Below the pieces are notes generated by a model. It was not told the DNA's origin and searched no databases. It saw only the letters and a list, made by a program, of their open reading frames with translations. The translations under genes were made by a program, and so were the position numbers. Below, one piece after another: positions 35,551 to 48,110 of a stretch of DNA of 64,000 nucleotides. Each line of letters begins with the position of its first letter. Position 1 is the stretch's first letter. Source of the DNA: Pseudomonadota bacterium (GTDB lineage Bacteria; Pseudomonadota; Gammaproteobacteria; Xanthomonadales; Ahniellaceae). The stretch is taken from NCBI GenBank assembly GCA_031412975.1, contig JANOEA010000377.1, positions 38 to 64,037 on the forward strand, read 5' to 3'.

Positions 35551-36843
35551 ATGAGCGAGGAGCGACCGGGCAGGGGCAGCGACAGCGGCAGCGGCAAGAT
35601 CCTGTATTGCTCCTTCTGCGGCAAGAGCCAGCATGAGGTCCGCAAGCTGATTGCCGGCCCGTCGGTATTCATCTGCGACGAGTGCGTCGAACTGTGCAAC
35701 GACATCATCCGCGAAGAGCTCGAGGAGAAGGCGGCCAGTGCGCGTAGCCACCTGCCCAAGCCGCGCGAGATCATGGACGTGCTCGACCAGTACGTGATCG
35801 GCCAGAATCGCGCGAAGAAAGTGCTCGCGGTCGCGGTCTACAACCACTACAAGCGCCTCGAGTCGCGCCAGCGCGGCGAGGACGTTGAACTGGCCAAGAG
35901 CAACATCCTGATGATCGGCCCGACCGGCTCAGGCAAGACCCTGCTCGCCGAGACGCTCGCACGGCTGCTCAACGTGCCGTTCACGATCGCCGACGCGACC
36001 ACGCTGACCGAGGCCGGCTACGTCGGCGAAGACGTCGAGAACATCATCCAGAAGCTGCTGCAGAAGTGCGACTACGACGTCGAGAAAGCGCAGACCGGCA
36101 TCGTCTACATCGACGAGATCGACAAGATCTCGCGCAAGAGCGAAAACCCTTCGATCACCCGCGACGTGTCCGGTGAGGGCGTGCAGCAGGCGCTGCTCAA
36201 GCTGATCGAAGGCACGGTCGCCTCGGTGCCGCCGCAGGGCGGCCGCAAGCATCCGCAGCAGGAGTTCCTGCAGGTCGATACGCGCAACATCCTGTTCGTC
36301 TGCGGTGGTGCCTTCGCGGGTCTGGAGAAGCTCATCCAGGCGCGTTCGGAGTCGACCGGCATCGGTTTTTCGGCCGAGATCCGCAGCAAGGACCGCAAGG
36401 CGAGCGTCGGCGCGCTGCTGTCGACCGTCGAGCCCGAAGACCTGATCAAGTTCGGCCTGATCCCGGAGTTCGTCGGTCGCCTGCCGGTGATCGCCACCCT
36501 CGAGGAACTCGACGAACCGGCGCTGGTGAAGATCCTCACCGAGCCGAAGAACGCGATCACCAAGCAGTTCAAGCGCCTGTTCGAGATGGAGGGCGTGGAC
36601 CTGGAGTTCCGACCCGATGCGCTCGCCGCAGTCGCGCGCAAGGCGCTGCAACGCCGCACCGGCGCGCGTGGCCTGCGTACGATCCTCGAGAGCGTGTTGC
36701 TGGAGACGATGTACGAACTGCCATCGCTCGAACACGTGAGCAAGGTGGTGGTCGACGAGGCCGTGATCGGCGGCACCGCCGATCCGTATCTGATCTACCG
36801 CGGCACCGCCCAGCAGGCGCAGCCGCGCGCAGCCGGCGATTGA
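35551..36843 (+). CDS. clpX: ATP-dependent Clp protease ATP-binding subunit ClpX
   Basis: Zn-finger [26 protein letters not shown] and Walker A GPTGSGKT. Confidence 0.97.
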   Translation: MSEERPGRGSDSGSGKILYCSFCGKSQHEVRKLIAGPSVFICDECVELCNDIIREELEEKAASARSHLPKPREIMDVLDQYVIGQNRAKKVLAVAVYNHYKRLESRQRGEDVELAKSNILMIGPTGSGKTLLAETLARLLNVPFTIADATTLTEAGYVGEDVENIIQKLLQKCDYDVEKAQTGIVYIDEIDKISRKSENPSITRDVSGEGVQQALLKLIEGTVASVPPQGGRKHPQQEFLQVDTRNILFVCGGAFAGLEKLIQARSESTGIGFSAEIRSKDRKASVGALLSTVEPEDLIKFGLIPEFVGRLPVIATLEELDEPALVKILTEPKNAITKQFKRLFEMEGVDLEFRPDALAAVARKALQRRTGARGLRTILESVLLETMYELPSLEHVSKVVVDEAVIGGTADPYLIYRGTAQQAQPRAAGD

Positions 36844-36887
36844 CGGCCCGCGCACCCGGTACGGACCCGCCGACCGGTGCGCTGCGG

Positions 36888-36916
36888 CTTGCTTTTTGCA
36901 GCGCAAGTCCGCATAT
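36888..36916 (+). promoter_or_regulatory. Candidate sigma32 promoter of lon
   Basis: CTTGCTT, a 14-nt spacer, then CCGCATAT. It lies about 170 nt upstream of the lon ATG. Confidence 0.5.
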
Positions 36917-37087
36917 GACCATCGCGTATGATTGAGGTCGGGAGTCGGGCTGCCGCCGGGTTCCCGGCGCGGATCGTGCGCGGCACCCTCGCGATGCGGA
37001 TCAGCTTCGAATACGTCGTCTCGCACCGGGGTCTCATCGATCCGGCACCTCGGTCCGGACGTCCAGACTGACAACAGGGGAAAGCCC

Positions 37088-39556
<2,469 letters not shown>

Positions 39557-39589
39557 TCGTGCCGCGCACGTTGGTGATCCCGTCGCAGG

Positions 39590-39629
39590 CCCGCCATTCC
39601 GCGCGCGCGCGGCGCATCGCGGGACTTTT
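39590..39629 (+). terminator. Candidate terminator after lon
   Basis: GC-rich hairpin with CCCGC...GCGGG enclosing the palindrome CCGCGCGCGCGCGG, followed by ACTTTT. Confidence 0.4.
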
Positions 39630-39798
39630 CGTGTTGCGCCGTCGGGGGTCGGCTGGTATAAATGCGCCCCCGCCGCGTTGCGCTCGGTCGTCAGGCCGCA
39701 GTCGGATTTCGGTGGTCAGGTCCCGCCCCCTGTGCGGATCGAGCAGCAGGCAGACCGAAGTACCCATGGTCGCCAGAATTCATTGAGGGAATCACGAG

Positions 39799-40071
39799 AT
39801 GAACAAATCAGATTTTGTCGCCGCGGTCGCCGAGGATTCGGAACTGACCAAGGTCGATGCGGCAAAGGCGATCGATGCGGTGATCAAGGTCATCGAGGCG
39901 GCACTGAAGAAGGGCGACAGCGTTTCGATCGTCGGCTTCGGCACCTTCACGGTGCGCAAGCGCGCCGCGCGGAGCGGCCGCAACCCGCGCACCGGTGCCA
40001 CGATCAAGATCAAGGCTTCGAAGGTTCCGGCCTTCAAGGCTGGCAAGGCGCTCAAGGACGCACTAAACTAG
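39799..40071 (+). CDS. hupB: DNA-binding protein HU-beta
   Basis: [12 protein letters not shown]...[21 protein letters not shown] is canonical HU. Confidence 0.95.
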   Translation: MNKSDFVAAVAEDSELTKVDAAKAIDAVIKVIEAALKKGDSVSIVGFGTFTVRKRAARSGRNPRTGATIKIKASKVPAFKAGKALKDALN

Positions 40072-40084
40072 AACACTTGTCCGC

Positions 40085-40159
40085 GGGTGCTTAGCTCAGC
40101 GGTAGAGCGTCGCCCTTACAAGGCGAGGGTCGGGGGTTCGAAACCCTCAGCACCCACCA
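40085..40159 (+). tRNA. tRNA-Val (anticodon TAC)
   Basis: 75 nt, acceptor GGGTGCT/AGCACCC, anticodon loop CTTACAA. Confidence 0.9.
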
Positions 40160-40165
40160 GGTTCA

Positions 40166-40242
40166 GGAGTGGTAGTTCAGTCGGTTAGAATACCGGCCTG
40201 TCACGCCGGGGGTCGCGGGTTCGAGTCCCGTCCACTCCGCCA
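40166..40242 (+). tRNA. tRNA-Asp (anticodon GTC)
   Basis: 77 nt, acceptor GGAGTGG/CCACTCC, anticodon loop CTGTCAC. Confidence 0.9.
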
Positions 40243-40247
40243 ACATG

Positions 40248-40281
40248 CAAGGGCGCCGGTAGCCGGCGCCCTTGTCATTTT
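40248..40281 (+). terminator. Rho-independent terminator after tRNA-Asp
   Basis: Perfect 12-bp stem CAAGGGCGCCGG/CCGGCGCCCTTG, a 3-nt loop, then TCATTTT. Confidence 0.8.
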
Positions 40282-40365
40282 GGGCATCCCCAGCCATCCG
40301 CGGCGCGTCGCAACGCGCCGCCCGATAAATCAAGCCAGCCGAACAAGCCAGCAGAACGACAAACC

Positions 40366-42282
40366 ATGCTGCAGACCCTCCGCGACAAAACCACAGGTTG
40401 GATCGCTTTCCTGATCCTCGGACTGGTCAGTATTCCGTTCGCGTTCTTCGGCATCGAGCAGTACTTCGAAGTGCGCTCGCCGAACTACGTGGCGAAGGTC
40501 GGCGACAAGGAGATCTCGCAGAACGAGTTCCGCGAGCGCTTCGAGCAGTACCGGCAGAACGCGCGGCGCCAGCTCGGCGACTCCTACGATCCGAGCTACT
40601 TCGAACAGCCGCTGGTCAAGCGCCAGATGCTCGAGCAGATGGTCAACGAGGAACTGTTGACCCAAGCCGCGGCGGTCGCCGGGACCGAGGCATCCGACGA
40701 GCGCGTGCGCCGCGAGATCGCCGAGGTGCCCGCGTTCCAGACCGACGGCAAGTTCGATCCCACCCAATACCAGCTGTTGCTGCGCTCGCAGTCGCCGCCG
40801 TTGAGCGTTGCCGAGTTCGAAAGCCGCATCCGTCGCGACGTGTCCTCGCGCGAGTTGCCGACCGCGGTGGGCGGCAGCAGCCTGGTCACCGACTCGGCGG
40901 TCAACCGCTACTTGAGCCTGCGCGACCAGCTGCGCGACTTCTCCTACTTCGTGGTGCCCGCGGTCGACATCGCCGCAGCCGAACCCGAGCCGGCAGCGAT
41001 CGATGCTTACCATGAGGCGAACAAGTCCGAGTTCATGACCGACGAGCAGGTCTCGTTGGCGTACATCGAGTTGAACGCGGCCACCATCGAGGTGCCCGCC
41101 GAAGCCGACGATGCCACGTTGCGCGCTCGCTTCGAGGAGCAGAAGGGCCGTTATTTCCTCGGCGAGCAGCGCCTTGCATCGCACATCCTGGTCAAGGTCG
41201 CCGCCGACGCCGATCCCGAAGCACTGCGCATCGCGCAGGAGAAGGCGGCCGATCTGGTCGCGCGCGCGCGCGCTCCCGATGCCGATTTCGCCGCGCTCGC
41301 GCGCGAGTTCACCGACGACATCGGCTCCAAGGCGCAGGGCGGCGACCTCGGCTGGGTCGAGAAGGGCCTCACCCAGCCGGCCTTCGAGACCGCGCTGTTC
41401 GCGATGGCGGCCGGCCAGGTTTCGGATCCGGTGAAGACCGACGAGGGCTTCCACGTCATTCAACTGCGCGAGGTGCAGGCCGAACGCTCGAAGGCTTTCG
41501 AGGAAGTGCAGGCCGCGTTGGCCGATCAGTACCGTACCGGCGAGCGCGATCGGGTGTTCAGCGAACGCTCCGGCAAGCTGATCGACCAGATCTACAAGGA
41601 TCCGCTCAGCATCGAGCCGGCAGCGGCTTCACTCGGCGTCGAGGTGCAGCGCACCGCGCTGTTCGGTCGCGCCGGCGGCGAGGGCATCGCCGCCGTCCCG
41701 GCGGTGTTGCGCGAGGCGTTTTCAGATCGCGTGCTGGCCGAAGGCGGCATCAGCGATCCGATCAATCTTGGTCCGAACCACATCGTGGTGATCAAGCTCG
41801 ACGAGCACAAGCCGAGCGTGGCCCGTCCGCTCGAGGAAGTGCGTGCGCAGGTCGTGGCGCGGATCAATGCCGAGGCCGCCCGCACCGCCAGCGCAGAGCG
41901 CGCGCGAGCCCTGGATGTGCGCTTGCAGCAGAACCACAGCCTTGCCGACCTCGCCGCCGAACTGGCCACGCCGGTGGTCGACGCCGCAAGTGTGGGTCGC
42001 TCGGCGATCAATCACGACAGCGCGGTAGTCGCCGAAGCGTTCAAGCTGCCGCGGCCTGCCGAAGGGCAGACCGTGCGGCGGATGGTCGAGCTGCCGGGCG
42101 ATCGCTTCGCACTGGTGGAACTGCGCGGGGTGACCGAGGGCGATCCATCCAAGGCCGATACGGCCCAGCGTGACGCGGTGCGCTCCCAGTTGCAGCAGGC
42201 CACGGCGGCCGCCGAGACCCGCTCGCTGCTCGATGCGGTGCGCGAGTCGGTCGAGGTCAGGATCGTCGAAGAGCGGATGTAG
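40366..42282 (+). CDS. ppiD: Periplasmic chaperone / peptidyl-prolyl isomerase PpiD
   Basis: N-terminal TM anchor (WIAFLILGLVSIPFAFFG), a SurA-like N domain and a parvulin domain (DLGWVEKG...FHVIQL). Confidence 0.9.
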   Translation: MLQTLRDKTTGWIAFLILGLVSIPFAFFGIEQYFEVRSPNYVAKVGDKEISQNEFRERFEQYRQNARRQLGDSYDPSYFEQPLVKRQMLEQMVNEELLTQAAAVAGTEASDERVRREIAEVPAFQTDGKFDPTQYQLLLRSQSPPLSVAEFESRIRRDVSSRELPTAVGGSSLVTDSAVNRYLSLRDQLRDFSYFVVPAVDIAAAEPEPAAIDAYHEANKSEFMTDEQVSLAYIELNAATIEVPAEADDATLRARFEEQKGRYFLGEQRLASHILVKVAADADPEALRIAQEKAADLVARARAPDADFAALAREFTDDIGSKAQGGDLGWVEKGLTQPAFETALFAMAAGQVSDPVKTDEGFHVIQLREVQAERSKAFEEVQAALADQYRTGERDRVFSERSGKLIDQIYKDPLSIEPAAASLGVEVQRTALFGRAGGEGIAAVPAVLREAFSDRVLAEGGISDPINLGPNHIVVIKLDEHKPSVARPLEEVRAQVVARINAEAARTASAERARALDVRLQQNHSLADLAAELATPVVDAASVGRSAINHDSAVVAEAFKLPRPAEGQTVRRMVELPGDRFALVELRGVTEGDPSKADTAQRDAVRSQLQQATAAAETRSLLDAVRESVEVRIVEERM

Positions 42283-42312
42283 TGCGCCGCTGCGGCGATC
42301 CGGGTCCGGTGC

Positions 42313-43104
42313 TCAGGACGCGTCGATACCGGTCATGCCGAGGATGTTGTAGCCGCCGTCGACATAGCTGATTTCGCCGGTCATGCCCGACGCCAGGTCC
42401 GAACACAGGAAGGCCGCGACGTTGCCGACCTCCTCGATCGAGACCGAGCGCCGCAACGGGGCATTGTTCTCGACGTGGTCGAGCATCTTGCGGAAGTTGC
42501 TGATGCCAGCCGCCGCCAGTGTCTTGATCGGTCCGGCCGATATCGCATTGACGCGCGTGCCTTCGGGGCCGAGGTTCAACGCGAGGTAGCGCACGCAGGC
42601 TTCGAGGCTGGCTTTCGCGAGGCCCATCACGTTGTAGCTGGCCAACGCGCGCACCGCACCCAGGTACGACAGGGTCAGGATCGCGCCGTTGCGGCCCTGC
42701 ATCAGCGGCCGGGCCTGCTTGGCCACTGCCGCGAGGCTGTAGGCCGAGATGTCGTGCGCGATCCGGAAGCCCTCGCGGGTGAGGTTGTCGACGAAACCTC
42801 CCTGCAGTGCCTCGCGCGGTGCGAAGCCGATCGAATGGACCAGGATATCGAGGCCGTCCCAGCGCTCGCCGAGCGCGGCGAACAGCGACGCGATCTGCGC
42901 ATCGTCGGCGACGTCGCAGGGCAATACGATGTCCGAGCCGAACGCCTGTGCGGCATCGTCGACGCGCTCGCGCAAACGATCGTTGGGATAGGTGAACGCA
43001 AGTTGCGCACCTTGCCGATGCATCGCCTCGGCGATCCCCCATGCGATCGAACGCTGGCTGGCGATGCCCATGATCAGGGCGCGTTTGCCTTGCAGGAAAC
43101 CCAT
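42313..43104 (-). CDS. fabI: Enoyl-[acyl-carrier-protein] reductase (NADH) FabI
   Basis: ORF trimmed to [25 protein letters not shown] (ATG 43104). The Y..M..AK catalytic region [14 protein letters not shown] is present. Confidence 0.95.
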   Translation of the reverse strand: MGFLQGKRALIMGIASQRSIAWGIAEAMHRQGAQLAFTYPNDRLRERVDDAAQAFGSDIVLPCDVADDAQIASLFAALGERWDGLDILVHSIGFAPREALQGGFVDNLTREGFRIAHDISAYSLAAVAKQARPLMQGRNGAILTLSYLGAVRALASYNVMGLAKASLEACVRYLALNLGPEGTRVNAISAGPIKTLAAAGISNFRKMLDHVENNAPLRRSVSIEEVGNVAAFLCSDLASGMTGEISYVDGGYNILGMTGIDAS

Positions 43105-43284
43105 GCTGTGTCCTCCCTCGGATAACCAAGCGTGCTGGCGCCGCAGCATGCTGCGGGTAGCGCCGGTGGTGGCACGCGACCGGAACAATGCGCAGTGTAA
43201 CGGCTACGCGCGCGCGCTTCGGCAGCTCGGCTTCGCGCGGCCGACCTTGCTGTCGGTGCAGGGCGCGAGCGAGCGTCGCAGCGT

Positions 43285-44664
43285 TCATGGGGGTGCGGGT
43301 ATGCGCAGCACCTGGCCGGGCTGCAACTGCTTGCCGAGCGGAATGCCATTGCTGGTCGCCAGTTCGCGCATGCCGACCCCGAGTCGGCGCGCAATCGACC
43401 ACAGGCTGTCGCCGGTGCGCACCACGTAGGCCTCGCTGTCGTGCGCGCGCAGCTGCGGACTGCGCGCTGCCGCGGGTGGAAGCAATACCGTTGCCGGCAG
43501 TGGGTCGCCGATCCGCAGGCCGTGCACCGCGGCCAGCGTGGCCGCATCGACCTCGGGGGTCGCAGCTGCACTCCAGTCCGCCGCGGCCCGACCGTCGCCG
43601 GGCCGCCAACCGACCCGCTTCGCGGGCGGCAGCAGCGCAAGGCCTTGCTCCAGGTTCGGCAGCGATTCTTCCGGCAGCAGCAGGCGATCACCGGGCTGCA
43701 TCGACTGCTTCGCGTGGGCAGGATTCAACCCGCGCAACTGCAACTCGTCGATCCGCGCAAGCCGTGCCGCGAGCGCCAGATCGATCGGCGCATCCAGCGG
43801 CACCGCAGCGAGGCGCTGGCCGGGTGCAAGCGTCGGCAGCGCGATGCCTGCGAGCGCGGGTCGCTCGATCACGCAGGAAAGCGCAATCAGGCGCGCCAGA
43901 TGCGCGTGGGTGGTGCGGCTCAGCGGCAAGTCCTGCCACAGCGTATCGGCGCTGGCGGCAGGACTACCCGCGAGCGCCCGGCGCACGCGGAACTCGCCCG
44001 CGTTGTAGGCCATGGTGACCAGCAGCCAGTCGTGCCCGAAGACCTCCCCCAGTCGCGTCAGCAAGTGGGTTGCCGCAGCGGTGGACAGCGCGAGATCGAG
44101 CCGGCCATCGTAGGCTGCCCCTACCCGCAGGCCACTGGAGCGCGCAGTGGCGGGCATGAACTGCCAGATGCCTGCGGGCTGGTTGCCCGTCGCGGGCACC
44201 GGGCGATAGCCGCTCTCGACCAGCGGCAGCAGCGCGAACTCGGCTGGCAGACCGGCGTCTTCGAGCGCGCGCAGCACGTATTCCAGGCGTGGCAGCACAC
44301 GCTCGAGTTGTGCCCGCAGGGCGGGCCCTTCGCGGCGGTAGCGTTCGAGCTGACGCTCGACCGACGGCAGCGCCTCGCAGCGCGTGAAGCGCGCGCCGCT
44401 GCGGATCCTGAGCCACGGGTCGGTCTCGACCACGGGTGCGACCTCGGCGCCCGACTCGACAGGACCGCTCGCGCTCGCCGATTCCATCGGATCGGCGACC
44501 GCTTCGCGCGGGTGCGATTGCTCGAGCGGCGCGGCCGCCGGCAGCGGCTTGGGCAGCGTGCTGCAGGCGCCGAGCACAGCCATGCACAGCGCGCCGCAGG
44601 CGTTAAGGATTCGCGAAACGATCCATTGGCGGCTCGCGCGTGGTATCAATTCGGTCGCGGTCAC
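43285..44664 (-). CDS. mltD: Membrane-bound lytic murein transglycosylase D-like lipoprotein (SLT domain plus C-terminal LysM)
   Basis: Lipobox-like VLGAC, SLT catalytic region LPLVESGYRP...GIWQFMP, and LysM YVVRTGDSLWSIARRLG. The start is uncertain (GTG 44664 or TTG 44649). The 703-aa track ORF overlaps the divergent gene. Confidence 0.8.
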   Translation of the reverse strand: MTATELIPRASRQWIVSRILNACGALCMAVLGACSTLPKPLPAAAPLEQSHPREAVADPMESASASGPVESGAEVAPVVETDPWLRIRSGARFTRCEALPSVERQLERYRREGPALRAQLERVLPRLEYVLRALEDAGLPAEFALLPLVESGYRPVPATGNQPAGIWQFMPATARSSGLRVGAAYDGRLDLALSTAAATHLLTRLGEVFGHDWLLVTMAYNAGEFRVRRALAGSPAASADTLWQDLPLSRTTHAHLARLIALSCVIERPALAGIALPTLAPGQRLAAVPLDAPIDLALAARLARIDELQLRGLNPAHAKQSMQPGDRLLLPEESLPNLEQGLALLPPAKRVGWRPGDGRAAADWSAAATPEVDAATLAAVHGLRIGDPLPATVLLPPAAARSPQLRAHDSEAYVVRTGDSLWSIARRLGVGMRELATSNGIPLGKQLQPGQVLRIPAPP

Positions 44665-44742
44665 GGCCTGCCTGCGGACTGTTGCGGGGCGTCGCGTTTG
44701 TAGCACAATCGCTACCGCCGCCGCCCATGACCCCACGCGCGC

Positions 44743-45414
44743 ATGCACGATGAATTCGACTTCTGGAGTGCGGCACCGCTCGCAACGCTGATTGCGACGG
44801 AGCGCGCGTGGCTGGAAGCGCGCCGCGTGCAGTGGCCGCAGGCGACCGAAGTCTGGGTGCATCCCGCGCGCGTGGCGCCGCAGTCCGGTTGCCTGTCGCT
44901 GAGCCTTGCGGTGGGCGGCCGCCTCGGCGGACCGTTGGTCGCGCGCGCCGACCGGCTGCCGTTCGCCGACGACAGCGTGCAGCGGATCGTCCTGCAGCAT
45001 GCGCTCGACATGCGCCCCGCACCTGCATCGTTGCTGAGCGAAGCGGTGCGCGTTCTCGCACCGGGTGGCATCCTCGTGCTGTTCGGTTTCGACGCGCTCA
45101 GTCCCACCATGTGGCGCTGTCGGATCACTCATCGCGCAGTGCGTCGCAGCGTGGGCGTGCAGCTGCCGGGTCGGCTCGCGATGCTGGGTACGCAGTTGGG
45201 CCTGTCGGACATCCACCGCTTCGGATTCAGTGCGGCGAGCGGCGAAGGCATCGGCGCGGTCCACGAGGGCGGATGGCCGCAACCCGCGTTCGCGCTGCAG
45301 GCGCGCAAGAACTCGCGCAACATCATCGCGCTGCGGCGTCACGCACAGGCGGCGGCCCATGCGGCCGGAGGCATGGTGCCGAGCGCATCGCGGCATGCCG
45401 AGGCCTCGCGCTGA
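44743..45414 (+). CDS. Class I SAM-dependent methyltransferase (Methyltransf_11-like)
   Basis: [17 protein letters not shown] and [13 protein letters not shown] motifs. The stop overlaps the rnhA ATG. Confidence 0.7.
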   Translation: MHDEFDFWSAAPLATLIATERAWLEARRVQWPQATEVWVHPARVAPQSGCLSLSLAVGGRLGGPLVARADRLPFADDSVQRIVLQHALDMRPAPASLLSEAVRVLAPGGILVLFGFDALSPTMWRCRITHRAVRRSVGVQLPGRLAMLGTQLGLSDIHRFGFSAASGEGIGAVHEGGWPQPAFALQARKNSRNIIALRRHAQAAAHAAGGMVPSASRHAEASR

Positions 45415-45884
45415 TGGCGCAGTCGCAGTTGGTCGAAGCGTTCACCGATGGCGCGTGTCTCGGCAACCCGGGTCCGGGAGGATGGGCCGCGCTGCTGCGC
45501 TGTGGCGATCGCGAGCGCATGCTCAGTGGCGCGGCACCCGACACCACCAACAACCGGATGGAGCTGCAAGCGGCGATCGGCGCGCTGGAAGTGCTGACCC
45601 GCAGCGCCGAAGTCCGGCTGTGCACCGACTCGCAGTACGTGCAGCGCGGCATCACCGAATGGGTGCCGCGCTGGAAGCGCAACGGCTGGATGACCGCCGC
45701 GCGCAAGCCGGTGGCCAACCAGGACCTGTGGATACGGCTCGATGCGCTGGTGGCGACCCATCGGGTGGCGTGGCAGTGGGTTCGCGGCCACAGCGGGCAT
45801 GTCGAGAACGAACGCGTCGATCGCGCCGCGCGCGAGGCCGCCGAGTCGATTCCGGCGGCCGCAGCCGAGCGCAGCGAGCGCTGA
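45414..45884 (+). CDS. rnhA: Ribonuclease HI
   Basis: [25 protein letters not shown] and the [14 protein letters not shown] catalytic residues. Confidence 0.95.
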   Translation: MAQSQLVEAFTDGACLGNPGPGGWAALLRCGDRERMLSGAAPDTTNNRMELQAAIGALEVLTRSAEVRLCTDSQYVQRGITEWVPRWKRNGWMTAARKPVANQDLWIRLDALVATHRVAWQWVRGHSGHVENERVDRAAREAAESIPAAAAERSER

Positions 45885-46579
45885 TGCGCCAGATCGTGCT
45901 CGACACCGAGACCACCGGCCTCAACGCCGAGCGTGGCCATCGGATCATCGAAATCGGTTGCGTCGAACTGCTGGAGCGTCGGCGCACCGGAACGAGCTTC
46001 CAGCGATACCTCAATCCGGATCGCCCGATCGACCCGGGCGCGCAAGAGGTCCACGGCATCAGCGAGGAATTCCTGCGCGACAAGCCGCGCTTCGCCGAGG
46101 TGGTCGACGATTTCCTCGACTTCGTGCGGGGCGCGGAGCTGGTGATCCACAACGCCGCCTTCGACCTCGCATTCCTCGACGCCGAACTGGCCCTGCTCGG
46201 TGGGCGCGGGCGGATCAGCGACCACGCCAGCGTGCTCGATACGCTGACTCTGGCGCGCGAGCGGTTTCCGGGCCAACGCAACAGCCTCGATGCCTTGTGC
46301 AAGCGGTTCGGCATCGACAACGCGCATCGCGAGCTGCATGGTGCGCTGCTCGATGCGGCGTTGCTGGCCGACGTGTTCCTCGCGATGACGGCGGGGCAGG
46401 GTAGCCTGGAACTAGCCGGCGAGCCCCTGCACGATGCCTCGAGCGTCGCGGGCGCGCGCTCGCTGTCGGGCGCGCGTGTGCGGATCCTGCGCGCGAATCC
46501 CGCAGAACTGGCGCGCCACGAGGCGCGCCTCGATGCGGTCGGCAAGGCGTGCAAGGGCTCGCCGGTCTGGCGGCTGTAG
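45884..46579 (+). CDS. dnaQ: DNA polymerase III subunit epsilon
   Basis: Exo motifs [19 protein letters not shown] and HGALLDA. ATGA overlap with rnhA. Confidence 0.95.
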   Translation: MRQIVLDTETTGLNAERGHRIIEIGCVELLERRRTGTSFQRYLNPDRPIDPGAQEVHGISEEFLRDKPRFAEVVDDFLDFVRGAELVIHNAAFDLAFLDAELALLGGRGRISDHASVLDTLTLARERFPGQRNSLDALCKRFGIDNAHRELHGALLDAALLADVFLAMTAGQGSLELAGEPLHDASSVAGARSLSGARVRILRANPAELARHEARLDAVGKACKGSPVWRL

Positions 46580-46610
46580 CGCACCACCCGACGAATTCGC
46601 CGGCTGTCAT

Positions 46611-46638
46611 TGGCAGCGGCGAATCCGGTGGCATAATG
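46611..46638 (+). promoter_or_regulatory. Candidate sigma70 promoter (TTGGCA-16 nt-CATAAT) for the cytochrome/kinase pair
   Basis: Read directly. It overlaps an imperfect hairpin (ATTCGCCGGCTG...CAGCGGCGAAT) downstream of dnaQ. Confidence 0.45.
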
Positions 46639-46700
46639 GGGTGGGCGCGACGCTCGGGGGCGTCTGGCGCAACCGTCACGGTCCCTCGGGGAGGGTTGCC

Positions 46701-48014
46701 ATGAACAAGCTATGGTTGGGTGCCGCACTGTTGTTCCTGCCGGGGCTGGGCATGGCGACAGGCTCGGTCGCGGAAATCGCGGCGCACAAGCATCTCGGGG
46801 TCGCCAGCTGCGCGAGCAGCGTCTGCCACGGGGCGACGCAAGCGTTCAAGGAATCGAACGTCATGCAGAACGAGTTCGCCTTGTGGCAGGAATTCGATCC
46901 GCATGCGACCAAGGCGTGGCAGGCACTGACCAGCGCCGAAGGCCAGGCGATCGCGCGCAAGCTGGGGCTCGGCGACGCGACCGCTGCCAAGGTCTGCCTC
47001 GATTGCCATGCCGACAATGTTCCGGAAGACCAGCGTGGCGAAAAGTTCCAGATCTCCGACGGCGTGGGCTGCGAAGCCTGCCACGGCGGCTCGGAGCTGT
47101 GGATCAGCTCGCACGCGGAGAAATCCGCGGTGCACGCCGACAACCTGGCCAAGGGTTTGTACCCCACCGAGGATCCGGTCCAGCGCGCGGAGCTGTGCCT
47201 GTCGTGCCACATGGGCACCACCGACCGCATGATCACCCACCGGATCATGGGTGCCGGGCATCCGCGGCTCGCCTTCGAGCTCGATACCTTCACCTGGTTG
47301 AACCCGCACTACCAGATCGATGACGACTACCTGCGCCGCAAGGGCGACTGGAATGGCGTGCGCGATTGGGCCGTGGGGCAGGGCGTGGCTGCGGCGAACC
47401 TGCTGCAGGTGCTGCTCGATGAGCGCCACGGTTTCCAGGGTATCTTCCCCGAACTGGTCCTGTTCGACTGCCACGCTTGCCACAAGCCGATGTCGGCCGG
47501 CAAGTGGGCACCGCGGCAGGGCACCGGGCTCGGCCCCGGCGCGGTGCGGCTCAACGATGCCAATCTGTTGATGTTCCGCCTGGTGCTTTCGGTCATCGAC
47601 AAGGCCGCCGCCGACCGCCTGTTGGCGCAGACCAAGGCCCTGCACCAGGCGACCCTGCGCGATCGCAGCGCCACCCTGGCTGCCGCGCGCGCGCTGTACG
47701 ACGAGATTCGCGCGAGCCTGCCCAAGGTCGCGGCATTCGACTTCGCCGAGGGTTCGCTCGAGCCGATCCTCGCCAGCGTGGTGGCGGACGCCGAACGCGG
47801 CGAGTTCCGCGACTACTCGGCGGCCGAGCAGGCCGCGATGGCCGTGCAGTCGGTGGTGGTGGCGTTCAAGAACGCCGGCGCGCTCGACGAGGCGCGCTCG
47901 AAGACCTTGCAGACCCGGGTCGATGCGCTGTACTCGAAGGTCGACCGCGAGGATTCGTACTTGATGGGACCGTTCGTGACCGCGCTGCGCGAGGTCCGTG
48001 CGGCGGCACGTTGA
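46701..48014 (+). CDS. Exported multihaem c-type cytochrome (five haem-binding motifs) with a C-terminal helical domain of unknown function
   Basis: Signal peptide MNKLWLGAALLFLPGLGMA. Motifs are CASSVCH (CX4CH), CLDCH, CEACH, CLSCH and CHACH. ATG at 46701. Confidence 0.85.
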   Translation: MNKLWLGAALLFLPGLGMATGSVAEIAAHKHLGVASCASSVCHGATQAFKESNVMQNEFALWQEFDPHATKAWQALTSAEGQAIARKLGLGDATAAKVCLDCHADNVPEDQRGEKFQISDGVGCEACHGGSELWISSHAEKSAVHADNLAKGLYPTEDPVQRAELCLSCHMGTTDRMITHRIMGAGHPRLAFELDTFTWLNPHYQIDDDYLRRKGDWNGVRDWAVGQGVAAANLLQVLLDERHGFQGIFPELVLFDCHACHKPMSAGKWAPRQGTGLGPGAVRLNDANLLMFRLVLSVIDKAAADRLLAQTKALHQATLRDRSATLAAARALYDEIRASLPKVAAFDFAEGSLEPILASVVADAERGEFRDYSAAEQAAMAVQSVVVAFKNAGALDEARSKTLQTRVDALYSKVDREDSYLMGPFVTALREVRAAAR

Positions 48015-48110
48015 GGCGTGGCCGGATGGCCCTCCGGGCCATCCGGCGTGGCATGTGACGGCAACGCTTTGCTATCGTCGTCGGTGCGCGCGGCGGTTGC
48101 CGCACGATCA

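Noticed and set aside
43285-45396. Full 703-aa version of the MltD-like ORF
   Set aside because: The N-terminal roughly 240 codons overlap the divergent methyltransferase/rnhA genes and look like shadow sequence. The lipoprotein signal begins near 44664.
48018-48110. Longer kinase N-terminus starting at GTG 48018
   Set aside because: The extra 31 residues (MAGWPSGPSGVACDGNALL...) have no kinase-like or conserved character. ATG 48111 gives a normal distance to the Gly-rich loop. The start remains uncertain.
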